Shown piece by piece: positions 10,601 through 21,558 of a stretch of DNA of 64,000 nucleotides. Numbering within the stretch: position 1 is the stretch's first letter; every line of letters starts with the position of its first letter. The notes beneath the pieces were generated by a model, which did no database searches, was not told the DNA's origin, and saw only the letters and a list, made by a program, of their open reading frames with translations. The stretch is from an uncultured Candidatus Binatia bacterium (GTDB lineage Bacteria > Desulfobacterota > Binatia > UBA9968 > JAJDTQ01): positions 1,792,001-1,856,000 of the forward strand of contig OZ219754.1 in NCBI GenBank assembly GCA_964291295.2. The letters run 5' to 3'. Made by a program: the position numbers and the translations under genes.

Positions 10601-13065
10601 ATCCCGATGTGACGCTGACCCACAGCGCGGCGGGCGGCGGCTACGGTTCGGTGGGCATCGCCTCGGTGGTGGTGAGCGTGACGGAGAAGGATGTGGCGCC
10701 GGCGAAGCCGACGGGCCTGGCTGCGGCGGCGGGCGACGGTTCGGTGACGCTGAGCTGGACGGACGCGGGCAATCCGACCATCACGAAGTGGCAATACCGG
10801 CGGAAGGCCGGCGGCGGGGCTTGGGGCGATTGGAAGGACATTGGGGGCTCCGGAGCGATCACCACCAGCCACAAGTTGACCGGGCTGACCAACGGCACCG
10901 CGTATCAGTTCGAGGTGCGCGCGGTGAACGGTGCCGGCAACGGCGCCGGCCCGGATGCGCCGGTGAGCGCGACGCCGGCGGACGCCACGCTCCCGCCCGC
11001 GCCGCCCGCGGCGGGCGTGAGCGTGAGGGTGACGCCGACGGCGCTGACGGTGGAGGAGGGTGGCTCCGGGAGCTACACGGTGGTGCTGGGTGCGGAGCCC
11101 ACGGACACGGTGACGGTGACGGTGGGCGGGGCATCGGGGGAGGTGACGGCGTCGCCGCAGCGCCTGACCTTCACGGTTTCGAACTGGAGCGAGGCGCAGG
11201 GGGTGACGGTGAGCGCGGCTCGTGACGCGGACATGGCGGACGACAGGGCGACGCTGACGCACGGAGCGAGGGGCGGGGGCTATGAATCGGTGAGCATCGC
11301 CTCGGTGGCGGTGCGGGTGAGGGACACGACGCCGGTGCTGAGTCTGGAGACGGACCCGGCGGCGGTGGCCGAGGGGGAGAACATCCGCCTCACGGTGACC
11401 TCGGACCGTGCGCTGACGGGCAGTCTGACGGTGAGTCTGACGCTGGCGGCGCGCGACGGCGGCGGCTTCGATGGGGAGGACCTTCCGGGTGGGCTGGGGC
11501 CGCGTTCGTTGGATGTGGTGTTCGGCGCCACGGCGAGCCGGAGGGGTTTGGTGATGATACCCACCAGGGTGGATGGGGAGGCGGAAGGGAGGGAGTCGTA
11601 CCGCATCACGCTGAACGCGGCGCCGGGCTATGCGGTGGGGGTGGATGCGGTGGCGGAAGGAGTGCTGGAAGAGGGTTCGTCGTCGTCGGCGAACCGGGTG
11701 AACCGTGCGATCCTGCCGCATGTGGCGGCGCTGGCGCTGTCGCAGACGCTTGAGGCGGTGACGGGGCGGATCGAAGCGGTGTCGGATGGCGGTGCGGGTG
11801 GTACGGTGCGTTTTGGAGCGGCGCCGGGGATGGTGGTGGATGATGAGTGGGTTGGTCCGGGAGGTCGGGGGCAAGGGGGGCCGGGCTTGCGAGAGTTGCT
11901 GGACGGGGCCTCCTTCGCGCTGCCGCTGGGAGCTTCGGGGGCGGGAGGGGCGGCGGCGCCGGCGTTGTGGGGAGTGGGGGAGTGGCGGTCGCTGTCGGGT
12001 TCGGAGCGGGATCTTTCCTGGGACGGCGGGCTGTGGTCGGGGTATCTGGGGGCGGACGTGCGGGTTCGCCCGGACCTGTTGGCGGGGGCGGCGGTGTCGT
12101 ATGCGAAGGGCAAGGTGGATGCGGTGTCCCGGGGTGGTGATGGGACGAAAAGCAGGCACGAGAGCCGGGTGGTGTCGGTGAATCCGTATCTGGCGTGGCT
12201 GCGTGCGGACGGCACGACGCTGTGGGCGAGTGCGGGCTATGGGAGGGGCGAGGTGCGGATCACCGAGGCGGGAGCGGCGGCGCGCACGGCGGACCTGTCC
12301 CAGTGGAGTGGGGCGGCGGGCGGGCGCGGGGTGCTGTTGGAGGATCCGGAGCTCATCGCCGGGGGCACCACGCGAGTGGCGGTGAAGGGGGAGGGCTCCC
12401 TGGTCCAACTGGACACGGAGGCCGGCGACGGTCTGACCGAGTTGACGGTGAAGGCGAGCCGACTGCGGCTGATGCTGGAGGGGTCCTGGGAGCACCGGGT
12501 CGGGGGCGATGCGACGCTGACGCCGGCACTGGAAGTGGGCGTGCGTCATGACGACGGCGACGTTGGGCAGGGCGGCGGCGTGGAGGTGGGGGCCGGCGTG
12601 ACCTGGCGCGACCCGGGTGCCCGTCTGACCGCGGAGTTGCGGGCCCGGATGCTGGCGGTGCACGAGCGGGACCGGGAGGAATGGGGCGTGAGCGCCTTGG
12701 TGCGCCTTGACCCCGGGGCCGACGGGCGGGGGAGCTACCTGAGCTTCGGCCCGACCCACGGTCGCACGGCAAGCGGTCTGGGGCGGTTGTTCGACTACGG
12801 CTCGGCCATGGACAGCGGGGCGGGGGCGGGAGAGAGCCGCCTGGAGGCGGAGATGGGGCACGGCATCGGCATCGCCGGCCCGGCGCCGCTGGCGCTGCTG
12901 ACGCCTTATGCCGGGCTCAGCCTGGCGGAGTCGGGCGAGCGCACGCTGCGCCTGGGCGCACGCTACAGCCTGGGCCCGGGGGTCGCCCTGGGAATCGAGG
13001 GCACAAGCCGGCCCTGGACCAACGGCGAGCAGGGCCTCATGCTGCGCGGTGCGCTGCGCTGGTGA
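7602..13065 (+). CDS. large autotransporter-type adhesin 1 (fibronectin type III and Calx-beta/Ig-like repeats, C-terminal autotransporter beta-barrel); currently frameshifted at a poly-C tract, long ORF 7732-13065
   Basis: Signal peptide ..LLTFAAALAPQTAQA|Q; repeated FN3 units (PAKPTGLAAAAGDGSVTLSW..YQFEVRAVN); beta-barrel ending LMLRGALRW; RBS-backed ATG 7602 upstream of C23. Confidence 0.85.
7669..7691 (+). repeat. poly-C homopolymer (C23) in the 5' coding leader of autotransporter 1
   Basis: Counted directly: C run from 7669 to 7691. Confidence 0.95.
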
Positions 13066-13319
13066 GGAGAACGCCGGGGCAGGAAATGAACGGAGGCCGC
13101 CGCTCGGCTGGCCGATGCCCTCCACCTGTAGTCGTGAGGGAACGGGCTTTGTTCACTATCGGGTGCGGACGCTGAAACCGTGACTCCGCCCACCACCCGA
13201 GCCAGCGGTCCGGGTGCCGGCTCTTGAAAGCGCCCGCCGATGCACCCCGAAAGCTTGGTGGCATCGGCGGTGGCGCGATGCGCAGAGAAATGTGGAACGC
13301 CGCGCCAAGGAAAGCCATA

Positions 13320-13400
13320 ACGGCGCGGCAGGGAACCCCTCGCAACCCGCTGATTCCATTGATTCACCCCGGCGAATCCGGGATGGTTCAGACTCTCCCT
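13320..13400 (+). mobile_element. IS5-family right-end remnant (homologous to 36960-37055)
   Basis: gcaacccgctgatt...gattca...ggcgaatccgggatggttcagac is shared with 36981-37050, whose ttgttcagaccttcc end resembles IS5 terminal repeats. Confidence 0.5.
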
Positions 13401-13584
13401 TCCAGGTCATTGATCCGATCGAAAACTTCGTCAAGATCCGCCGCGAGGCTGTCTATCCGACTGGAAAACCGCCGGGAAACGTAAATTCCGACCAGGGTTA
13501 TAGCCACTGGAATGGCGACGGCGACGATCCCGATCAGCAGCGACAGGCCTTGCAGTACAACGCAACAGGAACGCCTTCACACAT
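13388..13584 (-). pseudogene. small membrane protein (one TM helix plus coiled-coil tail), apparently with a 1-nt frameshift near the start
   Basis: Minus-strand frame reads VVLQGLSLLIGIVAVAIPVAITLVGIYVSRRFSSRIDSLAADLDEVFDRINDLEGRV*; the nearest ATG (13584, 7 nt after the upstream stop) is in another frame. Confidence 0.45.
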
Positions 13585-13591
13585 GGTCCGG

Positions 13592-13807
13592 TCACCGGCG
13601 CCGGGTAGGACGGCCCTTCGCAGCCTGTTCGCGTTCCCATTCGAGGGCGGCCGCCTTGGTCGTCGCGTACCCGACCTTCACGATATGACCGTCATCGCCA
13701 AAGTCCTTCTTGTGCTCGGTTTCCCGACGCTCAAGATCATTGGTGATGCCGGTGTGAACGATTCTGTGGCCCTGTTTGAAGTGATACTTGTAGGTGTCGC
13801 GCGCCAT
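13592..13807 (-). CDS. minimal GIY-YIG-like nuclease-domain protein (71 aa)
   Basis: TYKY..IVHTGITNDLERRETEH..AALEWE matches the GIY-YIG Y..G.T.DL.RR..EH pattern; AAGGAGG RBS upstream. Confidence 0.7.
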   Translation of the reverse strand: MARDTYKYHFKQGHRIVHTGITNDLERRETEHKKDFGDDGHIVKVGYATTKAAALEWEREQAAKGRPTRRR

Positions 13808-14087
13808 GATCCGTGCCTCCTTGCGATTATTCCGGTTTCCAGAAGATCATCCCCGTGGTGGCCGGCAGAACGCTGATCCACAATCCGGACCCTTCGTAAA
13901 GCCTGCCTTTGCTTGGGGAGTCATCTTGACAGACGAGTCGAACCAGCTTTTCTCCTTCTGAAAAAGCCTGACCGCTCCGGAGACGGAGGCAGGCGGCTGC
14001 AATCAGGTTCAAAAGTTTCTTTGAGGCCTTCGAGGTCGATGGATCAATCAAGGATCCGGGCGGCGTCAATGCCCGGCGAGGGTCACG

Positions 14088-15035
14088 TCAGCCGCCGCTC
14101 TCCAGTTCCGCCAGGTAACGCTCGGCGTCGATGGCGGCCATGCAGCCGGTTCCGGCGGCGGTGACGGCCTGGCGGTAGACGCGGTCCTGGACGTCGCCGC
14201 AGGCGAATACGCCCTCCAGCGTGGTCCGGGTGCCGTCGTGGGTCTTGATGTAGCCCAGTTCGTCCATTTCCAGAACGCCCTCGAAGAGTTGCGAGTTGGG
14301 CTGGTGCCCGATGGCGATGAAGACGCCGTCGCAGGCGAAGGTACGGTCCGCGCCGGTTCGGACGTCCCGCAGCGTGACGCCGGTGACGCCGCCGTCCTGC
14401 GGATCGCCGTGGATGTCCGCCACCGTGGTGTTCCAGATGAAGTCGATCCCGGGGTTGGCCCGGGCGCGATCCTGCATGATTCCGGAGGCCCGGAGCTGGT
14501 CGCGGCGGTGCACGACGAAAACCTTGCTGGCGAAGCGGGTGAGGAACGTGGCCTCTTCCATGGCGGTGTCTCCGCCGCCCACCACGATGACCTTCTTGTC
14601 CTTGAAGAAAAAGCCGTCGCAGGTGGCGCAGGCGGAGACCCCGTGTCCCATCAGCCTGTTTTCGGCGTCCAGCCCCAGCAGCTTGGCGGTGGCGCCGGTG
14701 GCGATGATCAGGGCGTCGCAGGTGTAGCGGTCGCTGCCCGCCCGCAGCGCCATGGGCCGGCTTCCGAGTTCCACGGCGGCAACATCCCCGAAGACGATCC
14801 GGGTGCCGAAGCGTTCCGCCTGCCTGCGGAACTGCACCATCATGTCCGGCCCGAGAATGCCGTCCGGGAAGCCGGGGTAGTTCTCGACGTCGGTGGTAAT
14901 GGTGAGCTGGCCCCCGGGCTGGGAACCCTCCACCACCAGCGGTCCGAGGTTGGCGCGGGCCGTGTAGAGGGCGGCGGTGAGGCCCGCCGCTCCCGAACCG
15001 AGGATGACGACGCGGTAATGAGTCTGCTCTGCCAT
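14088..15035 (-). CDS. trxB: thioredoxin-disulfide reductase
   Basis: [54 protein letters not shown]. Confidence 0.97.
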   Translation of the reverse strand: MAEQTHYRVVILGSGAAGLTAALYTARANLGPLVVEGSQPGGQLTITTDVENYPGFPDGILGPDMMVQFRRQAERFGTRIVFGDVAAVELGSRPMALRAGSDRYTCDALIIATGATAKLLGLDAENRLMGHGVSACATCDGFFFKDKKVIVVGGGDTAMEEATFLTRFASKVFVVHRRDQLRASGIMQDRARANPGIDFIWNTTVADIHGDPQDGGVTGVTLRDVRTGADRTFACDGVFIAIGHQPNSQLFEGVLEMDELGYIKTHDGTRTTLEGVFACGDVQDRVYRQAVTAAGTGCMAAIDAERYLAELESGG

Positions 15036-15149
15036 GGTTTCATTCATACCATACGGGCCGCTTCGCTTGTAGGTCGGCCAGGCTGCGGCGGCTTGCATTC
15101 GCGGTGCCGGAAGATACACTGAGCGCCGGACGCTCGGGGAGGATACAGG

Positions 15150-15635
15150 ATGGCGACATTGTCCCATGTCGATGAACAGGGGCGGGTGAGGATGGTGGAT
15201 GTCACCGGCAAGGAGGTGACCCGGCGGGTTGCGGTGGCCGGAGGCGTGGTGACCATGCGCCCGGAGACCTTGGCCGCCATTGCCGGGGGGCGGATTCCCA
15301 AGGGCGATGTGCTGGCGGTGGCGCGCATCGCCGGGATCATGGCCGCCAAGAAGACGTCCGAGCTCATACCGCTGTGTCACCCGCTGCCCATCAGCAGCGT
15401 GGAGGTCACGCTCACCCCGCGGCAGGAGCCGCCGTCGGTGGAGATCGAGGCCGCCGTGCGCATCCAGGGCCGCACCGGCGTGGAGATGGAGGCGCTTACC
15501 GCGGTGGCGGTGGCGGGTCTCACCCTCTACGACATGTGCAAGGCCGTGGACCGGGAGATTGCCGTCGGCGAGATTCGCCTTCTGCGCAAGAGCGGAGGCA
15601 AAAGCGGTCCATTCGAGAGAAGGCCGGCCGACTGA
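15150..15635 (+). CDS. moaC: cyclic pyranopterin monophosphate synthase
   Basis: [41 protein letters not shown]. Confidence 0.97.
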   Translation: MATLSHVDEQGRVRMVDVTGKEVTRRVAVAGGVVTMRPETLAAIAGGRIPKGDVLAVARIAGIMAAKKTSELIPLCHPLPISSVEVTLTPRQEPPSVEIEAAVRIQGRTGVEMEALTAVAVAGLTLYDMCKAVDREIAVGEIRLLRKSGGKSGPFERRPAD

Positions 15636-15707
15636 CCGGCGGGTCTCCCGGCGGCGCGGGCTAAAGTCTCTCCAGGCCGTGCCGACTGTATACCCGGGAA
15701 CCTGTCC

Positions 15708-16412
15708 ATGTCATCGTCCGCGCTCATGACGACACCCATCAACCAGTGGCCGATGGAAGACCGCCCGCGGGAGAAGCTTCTCGATCGGGGGGCGGAACAG
15801 CTGACGGAAACCGAGTTGCTGGCGATCCTGCTGGGCACGGGAAGCGCCGGCGCGCATCAGAGCGCGCTGGATCATGCGCGCGCGCTGATGGTGCGGTTCG
15901 GCGGGCTGAGGGGCATCGACGACGCCTCCGTCGCCGAGTTGACCGGGCTCAAGGGGCTGGGTGAGGCCAAGGCCGCCCGCCTCAAGGCCTGTCTGGAGCT
16001 CGGCCGCCGCCGCGAGGACCTCCGGTGCGAGGCGGGTCAGTTGATGAGTTCGCCGGAGGAGGTGTTCCGGCATTTCCGGCCCCGCTGCATCAACGCCAAG
16101 CGCGAGGCGTTCTACGTTGTCTTGCTGACCAATCGGAATCGGAAGATCCGGGACGTCAAGATCTCCGAGGGGTCTCTCACGGCCTCTGTCGTCCACCCGC
16201 GGGAGGTGTTCAACCCGGTCATCCGGGAGTCCGCGGCCGGGGTCATCTTCGTCCACAACCATCCCAGCGGCGACCCTTCCCCCAGCCGCGAGGACGTGGA
16301 GATTACCCGCCGTCTGAGACAGGTGGGCGAGGTACTGGGGGTGCGGGTCCACGACCATGTGGTGGTGGGGCACGACCGGTTCTTCAGCTTCAACCGGGAG
16401 GGAATGCTGTGA
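15708..16412 (+). CDS. radC: RadC/UPF0758 JAB-domain protein
   Basis: [41 protein letters not shown]. Confidence 0.93.
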   Translation: MSSSALMTTPINQWPMEDRPREKLLDRGAEQLTETELLAILLGTGSAGAHQSALDHARALMVRFGGLRGIDDASVAELTGLKGLGEAKAARLKACLELGRRREDLRCEAGQLMSSPEEVFRHFRPRCINAKREAFYVVLLTNRNRKIRDVKISEGSLTASVVHPREVFNPVIRESAAGVIFVHNHPSGDPSPSREDVEITRRLRQVGEVLGVRVHDHVVVGHDRFFSFNREGML

Positions 16413-16518
16413 GGGCCCCGGGCACGTGTTGCGGAACGCCGCGGGCGGCTTGACCCCCGGGCGCGGGACGGAGTACGTTGACCGGCAACGCAATCGTGCC
16501 GTCAGGGGGTCCAGCCGC

Positions 16519-17994
16519 ATGTCTCAGGTCAAGCATCTCGACACGGATGTCGCCATCGTCGGGGCCGGCGGGGCCGGCATCGCCGCGGGCATCGAAGCTC
16601 TCGACGCCGGCGCCAGCGCCATCGCCTTGGAAAAGGCGCCGGAGCCGGGGGGCGCCGCCATCATCTCCGGCGGCGGCTGCCTCATCGTGGGTACGCCGAT
16701 CCAGAAAGCCAACGGCATCGTCGACTCGCCCGATCTGGCCTTCAACGACTGGATCCGCTGGGGCGGGCCTTCGGTGGACGAGGTCTGGGCGCGCTACTAC
16801 ATCGAGCACTCGCTTCATGATCTCTACTTCTGGGCCCAACGCCTGGGCGTCGAGTGGGTGGACATGAAGCAGCAGGAAGGCAACACCGTCGTGCGCTGGA
16901 CCCGTTCCCGGAGCAACGGGCTCGGGCTCATGACCCACCTCATCGACGCGTTCCGCCAGCGCGGCGGCGTGATCGTGGCCGACACCGAGGTCACCGGGCT
17001 CACGCGCGAGAACGGGCGGGTCGCCGGCCTGTCGGGACGGGACGCCGCCACCAGCGAGACCGTGGAGGTGGCCAGCAAGGTGGTGGTGGTGGCCACCGGC
17101 GGTTTCAACTCCAACCTCGACATGGTGCTCGAGGCCGCCCCCGGACTCCAGGGCGACCGCGTCATGGAAGGCTCCGGCCGCGGCTCCACCGGCACCGGCC
17201 ATCGTCTGGTGCGGCAGGCCGGCGGCTATCTGACCCACATGGACCACATCTGGTTCTACGTCTACGCCACCCCGGACTATCGCGACCCGGACCAGCGGCG
17301 CGGCCTCGTCTTCCGCCAGGCGCCGGGCTACATCTGGATAAACCAGCAGGGCCGGCGTTTCCACAACGAGGCGCTGTCCGGCGGCAACTCGGCCACGCCG
17401 GCGTTGATGGCCCAGAGCCCGCGCCACGCATGGGCGGTGGTGGACACGCCGATGGTTGCCAAGGTCGAGATCGCCGACCCCTACTACCGCGCGGGCGACA
17501 GGGTGGACCGGGCCAAGGTCCAGGAACTCCTGGACCATTCCCCGTTCATCAGGAAGGCGGACTCCCTGGAGGCCCTCGGCCAACGCATGGAGGTGGACGT
17601 CCCGGCCTTTCTGGACACCGTGGCACGCTACAACCAGGCGTGCGCGCGGGGGCTGGACCGGGAACCCGACTTCGGCAAGCCGCTGAAGCTCTCCAAGCCG
17701 TTCGACACGCCCCCGTACTATGCCATCCAGATGTTCCCGCTGGCGCGCAAGAACTTCGGCGGGGTCAAGACCGACATCCGCTGCCGGGTCCTGAACAAGC
17801 ACTTCGAACCGATTCCCGGCCTTTACGCCGCCGGCGAGGTGGCGGGCATGGCCGGGGGCCATATCAACGGCCGCGCGGGTCTGGAAGGGACGATGCTCGG
17901 TCCGTCCATCTTCAGCGGCCGCGTGGCCGGCGGCTGGGCGGCCCGGGAAGCGGGGTGCGGCGACGGCTTCACGGGCGTGCCGAACCGCGACTGA
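16519..17994 (+). CDS. FAD-dependent oxidoreductase (fumarate reductase flavoprotein / 3-ketosteroid dehydrogenase-like)
   Basis: DVAIVGAGGAG, SGGG, VVATGGF, GRRFHNE, IPGLYAAGE; substrate not assignable. Confidence 0.85.
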   Translation: MSQVKHLDTDVAIVGAGGAGIAAGIEALDAGASAIALEKAPEPGGAAIISGGGCLIVGTPIQKANGIVDSPDLAFNDWIRWGGPSVDEVWARYYIEHSLHDLYFWAQRLGVEWVDMKQQEGNTVVRWTRSRSNGLGLMTHLIDAFRQRGGVIVADTEVTGLTRENGRVAGLSGRDAATSETVEVASKVVVVATGGFNSNLDMVLEAAPGLQGDRVMEGSGRGSTGTGHRLVRQAGGYLTHMDHIWFYVYATPDYRDPDQRRGLVFRQAPGYIWINQQGRRFHNEALSGGNSATPALMAQSPRHAWAVVDTPMVAKVEIADPYYRAGDRVDRAKVQELLDHSPFIRKADSLEALGQRMEVDVPAFLDTVARYNQACARGLDREPDFGKPLKLSKPFDTPPYYAIQMFPLARKNFGGVKTDIRCRVLNKHFEPIPGLYAAGEVAGMAGGHINGRAGLEGTMLGPSIFSGRVAGGWAAREAGCGDGFTGVPNRD

Positions 17995-18069
17995 ACAGCA
18001 GCCGGCCCTTGGCGGGGGCGGGTTGCAGGCCCGCCCGCGTCCGCCGCAAGGCGGCACGGACAAGTCAAC

Positions 18070-20466
18070 ATGACGGAACCACAGGTCGAGAAAGTACCGG
18101 GATATTGCGCGCTGTGCACCGCCCACTGCGCCACCGTGGCCACGGTGGAGAACGGGCGCGTGACGCGGCTCGATCCGGACCATGAGCATCCCAACGGCGG
18201 AGCCATCTGCGTCAAGGGCAAGGCGGCGCCGGAACTGGTCTACAACCGCGAGCGGCTGAACCGCCCGTTGCGCCGCACCAACCCCAAGGGCGCCGCCGAC
18301 CCGGGCTGGCGGCGCGTGGGGTGGGACGAGGCGCTGGACGACATCGCCGCCCGCCTGCTCGACATCCGCGAGCGCCACGGCGCCGAGGCCATCGCCATGG
18401 CCCGGGGCACCGCCAGCGGCACTTCGACGGACGACGTCAACGGGTGGTCGTCGCGTCTTCTCAACCTCATGGGCAGCCCCAACTCGCTGTCCACCACCCA
18501 CGTCTGCAACTGGCACCGGGATACGGCGTTCAGCTACACGTTCGGCGTGCCGCAGCCCTCCCCGGACGTGCTCCACAGCGGCGCCTTCCTGCTGTGGGGC
18601 CACAACCCGAGTTCCACGCAGTTGATGCTGGCCCAGGATGTCGCCACCGCGCGCAAGCGCGGCATGAAGGTGGTCGTGGTGGATCCGCGCAGGGTGGGCT
18701 TCGGCAGTCAGGCGGACGTCTTGCTCCAGGTGCGCCCGGGCGCCGACGGCGCGCTGGCCCTGGCGCTCGTCCATGTCCTGATCGAGGAGGGACGGTACGA
18801 CGAGGACTTCGTCCGCGACTGGACCAACGGCCCGTTTCTCCTGCGCACGGACACCGGAGCGCCGCTGACCGAGTCGGACATGGCGGCGGGAGGGAGTCCG
18901 GACCGCTGTCTGGTCCGGGACGAGTCCTCCGGCCGGGTCGTTGTCCATGATCCGGAGACCCGCGCCTGCGTGGAAGAGGGCGTCCGCCCGGCTCTTCAGG
19001 GGACGGTCCGCGTGTCCATGAAGGACGGCGCCGCGGTGATGTGCGAACCGGTCTTTGCCGCACTGGCGCGGCTGGCCGCGGCGCATGCCCCGGAACGGTC
19101 GGAGGACGTCACGCGTGTGCCGGCGGACAAGGTTCGCGAGGCCGCCCGCGTGCTCGGCGGCCACCGCCCCGTGAGCATGTTCATGTGGAACGGCGTCGGC
19201 CAGCACACCAATGCGACGCAGACGAGCCGGGCCATCTCCATCCTGTACGCGTTGCTGGGCGACATAGACGCGCCCGGCGGCAATCTGATGCTGCCCATGG
19301 CGCCGTTGCGCGGTGTGGACGGCAAGGAGTTCCTTTCCCCCGAGGCGGTTTCGAAGCGTATCGGACTTGCCGGAAAACCGTTGGGCCCGCCGGCCACCGC
19401 GGGTGCGTGCGCGGCCCACGACGTCTACACCGCCATCCTGGAGGAGCGCCCGTATCCGGTCCGCGCCCTCATCAATCTGGGCTCCAACACGGTGATCTCC
19501 AACGGCGACTCCGAACGCGGCCGCAAGGCCCTTTGCAGCCTGGAGTTGGGTGTGGCCACCGAACTCTTCATGACCCCCACCGCCGAGCTCTGCGACTACG
19601 TTCTGCCCGCCACCAGCTTCCTCGAAATGGACCACCTCGCCGGCGGCTTCCGGCACCGGGTGGATGCCCGCTCCCACGTCCAGTACCGGCGGCGGGCGGT
19701 GGAGCCGCTGGCCGAGCGGCGTTCCGACACGTGGGTGGTGTTCGAGCTGGCCCGGCGCATGGGCTTCGGCGGCGACTTCTGGGGCGGCGACGTGGAGGCG
19801 GCCCGTTCCTGGCAGTTGGAACCTGCCGGCCTCACGCTGGACGAGCTCAGGGCGCGGCCGGGCGGTGTGACCCTGGCGGCGCCGCGGCGTTACCGGAAGT
19901 ACGCGGAGACCGACGGCGAGGGCCGCCGGAAGGGCTTCTACAATCCATCGGGCCGGGTGGAACTCTACTCGCACCGGTTGGCGCGGCACGGGTTCCCGCC
20001 GTTGCCGGAGTACCGGGAGCCGGCCCTGAGCCCGGTGAGCACGCCGGAGCTGGCCGCGGAGTACCCTCTGGTCCTGACCAACGCCAAGTTCACGACGTTC
20101 ATCCACAGCCAGCAGCGGGCCCTGCCCGGTCTTCGCAAGGCCGCGCCCGAGCCCATTGCCGAACTCCATCCGGATACCGCGGTCGAGCACGGCATCGGAC
20201 ACCGGCAGTGGATGGTCGTCGAGAGCCCCAAGGGCGCGGTGCGGGTGCGGGCCAATCTCACCGCCCGGATCATTCCCGGTGTGGTCTGTGTGCAGCACGG
20301 CTGGTGGCAGGCGTGCCGGGACCTTGCACTCCCGGGGCATGATCCCTTCTCCCGGCTCGGGGCCAACGCCAACCGCCTGGTGGACGCCGAGTACCAGGAT
20401 CCGGTCAGCGGCTCCCTGCCGCACCGGTCGTTCCTGTGCCGCGTGCGGCCGGTGGACGGCCCGTGA
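18070..20466 (+). CDS. molybdopterin-dependent oxidoreductase (DMSO reductase superfamily), cytoplasmic
   Basis: N-terminal CALCTAHC..ICVKG 4Fe-4S motif, RLNRPLRR, WDEALD, VDPRR, DYVLPA, C-terminal molydopterin-binding domain; no Tat signal. Confidence 0.9.
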   Translation: MTEPQVEKVPGYCALCTAHCATVATVENGRVTRLDPDHEHPNGGAICVKGKAAPELVYNRERLNRPLRRTNPKGAADPGWRRVGWDEALDDIAARLLDIRERHGAEAIAMARGTASGTSTDDVNGWSSRLLNLMGSPNSLSTTHVCNWHRDTAFSYTFGVPQPSPDVLHSGAFLLWGHNPSSTQLMLAQDVATARKRGMKVVVVDPRRVGFGSQADVLLQVRPGADGALALALVHVLIEEGRYDEDFVRDWTNGPFLLRTDTGAPLTESDMAAGGSPDRCLVRDESSGRVVVHDPETRACVEEGVRPALQGTVRVSMKDGAAVMCEPVFAALARLAAAHAPERSEDVTRVPADKVREAARVLGGHRPVSMFMWNGVGQHTNATQTSRAISILYALLGDIDAPGGNLMLPMAPLRGVDGKEFLSPEAVSKRIGLAGKPLGPPATAGACAAHDVYTAILEERPYPVRALINLGSNTVISNGDSERGRKALCSLELGVATELFMTPTAELCDYVLPATSFLEMDHLAGGFRHRVDARSHVQYRRRAVEPLAERRSDTWVVFELARRMGFGGDFWGGDVEAARSWQLEPAGLTLDELRARPGGVTLAAPRRYRKYAETDGEGRRKGFYNPSGRVELYSHRLARHGFPPLPEYREPALSPVSTPELAAEYPLVLTNAKFTTFIHSQQRALPGLRKAAPEPIAELHPDTAVEHGIGHRQWMVVESPKGAVRVRANLTARIIPGVVCVQHGWWQACRDLALPGHDPFSRLGANANRLVDAEYQDPVSGSLPHRSFLCRVRPVDGP

Positions 20467-20475
20467 GGATACACG

Positions 20476-21549
20476 ATGGTTCTCGTACTCAAGAATGAAC
20501 AGCTGGAGGATCTGGTTCCCATGGCGGAGGAGATCGACGCCATCGAGCAGGCCTATCGGGAGATGGGCGAGGGCGGCGCGGTGAATGCGCCCCGCGCTCG
20601 CCTCCGGGTCCAGGCGCCGGGGAAGAAGCCGGGCTTCCAGTACTACTTCAACAACATCATGGGCCTCGTTCCCGGCATGAAGTCCATGGGACTCAGGATC
20701 GACTCGACCTTCTCCGACGAAGAGGAGGTGGCGGGCACGAAGAGACGGATCTACCCCGGCAACTACGTCGGGCTCGTGTTCCTGTTCGACATGGAGGACT
20801 GCTCGCTGCTGTCCATCATGGACGACCATTTCATCTCCATCTTCCGCGTCGGCGCCACCAGCGGGGTGGCGGCGAAACATCTGGCGCGGACGGACGCCCG
20901 GGTGATGGGGCTGGTGGGGTCCGGGGAGCAGGCCCGGACGCAGCTGCTGGCGGCCTGCGCCGTGCGGCCCCTGGACCGGGTCAAGGTGTTCAGTCCCACC
21001 CGCGCCAACCGGGAGCGGTTCGCCGAGGAAATGACCGGGACGGCGGGCGTGGAGATCGTGCCGGTGCACTCCGCGGAAGAGGCCGTGCGCGGCAGCGACA
21101 TCGTCACCGCCGCCACCAACACGGTGGACCCGGTCATTCACGGCGAATGGCTCGAGAAAGGAGCGTTCGTCAACAGCATCGTGGGCGGCGACAGCTATCT
21201 GTCGCGCCATGAACTGGACGACGCCGTGATCGAGCGCGCCGGGCTGATCGTGGTGGGCTTCCGCCAGCAGATCTTTCTGGACAAACAGGCGGAGATCTAC
21301 CCGCGCATCCAGCGCGGCCTCGTCCGGGAGGAAGACCTGCACGAGTTGAGCGAGTTGCTGGCGGGGCAATGCCGCGGCCGCGAGAGCGACGACGAGATCG
21401 TCGTCTTCAAGAACAACACCGGCATGGGCATCCAGTTCGCCGCCACCGCCCGGCTCCTTTACGAGGCCGCGCGCCGGAAGGGCATCGGCACCGAGCTTCC
21501 CTCGGAACTGTTCATCACCGACCGCAAGGGCAAGACCTACTCGCCGTAG
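20476..21549 (+). CDS. ornithine cyclodeaminase / mu-crystallin family protein
   Basis: FRVGATSGVAAKHLA, GSGEQARTQ, DIVTAAT, RESDDEIVVFK..GMGIQ. Confidence 0.88.
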   Translation: MVLVLKNEQLEDLVPMAEEIDAIEQAYREMGEGGAVNAPRARLRVQAPGKKPGFQYYFNNIMGLVPGMKSMGLRIDSTFSDEEEVAGTKRRIYPGNYVGLVFLFDMEDCSLLSIMDDHFISIFRVGATSGVAAKHLARTDARVMGLVGSGEQARTQLLAACAVRPLDRVKVFSPTRANRERFAEEMTGTAGVEIVPVHSAEEAVRGSDIVTAATNTVDPVIHGEWLEKGAFVNSIVGGDSYLSRHELDDAVIERAGLIVVGFRQQIFLDKQAEIYPRIQRGLVREEDLHELSELLAGQCRGRESDDEIVVFKNNTGMGIQFAATARLLYEAARRKGIGTELPSELFITDRKGKTYSP

Positions 21550-21558
21550 CGCGCCGCT

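Noticed and set aside
7648-13125. 1825-aa minus-strand ORF (similarly 25276-28500, 28903-31794, 16390-21369)
   Set aside because: Antisense shadows of real high-GC genes; Arg/His/Pro-rich with no recognisable motifs.
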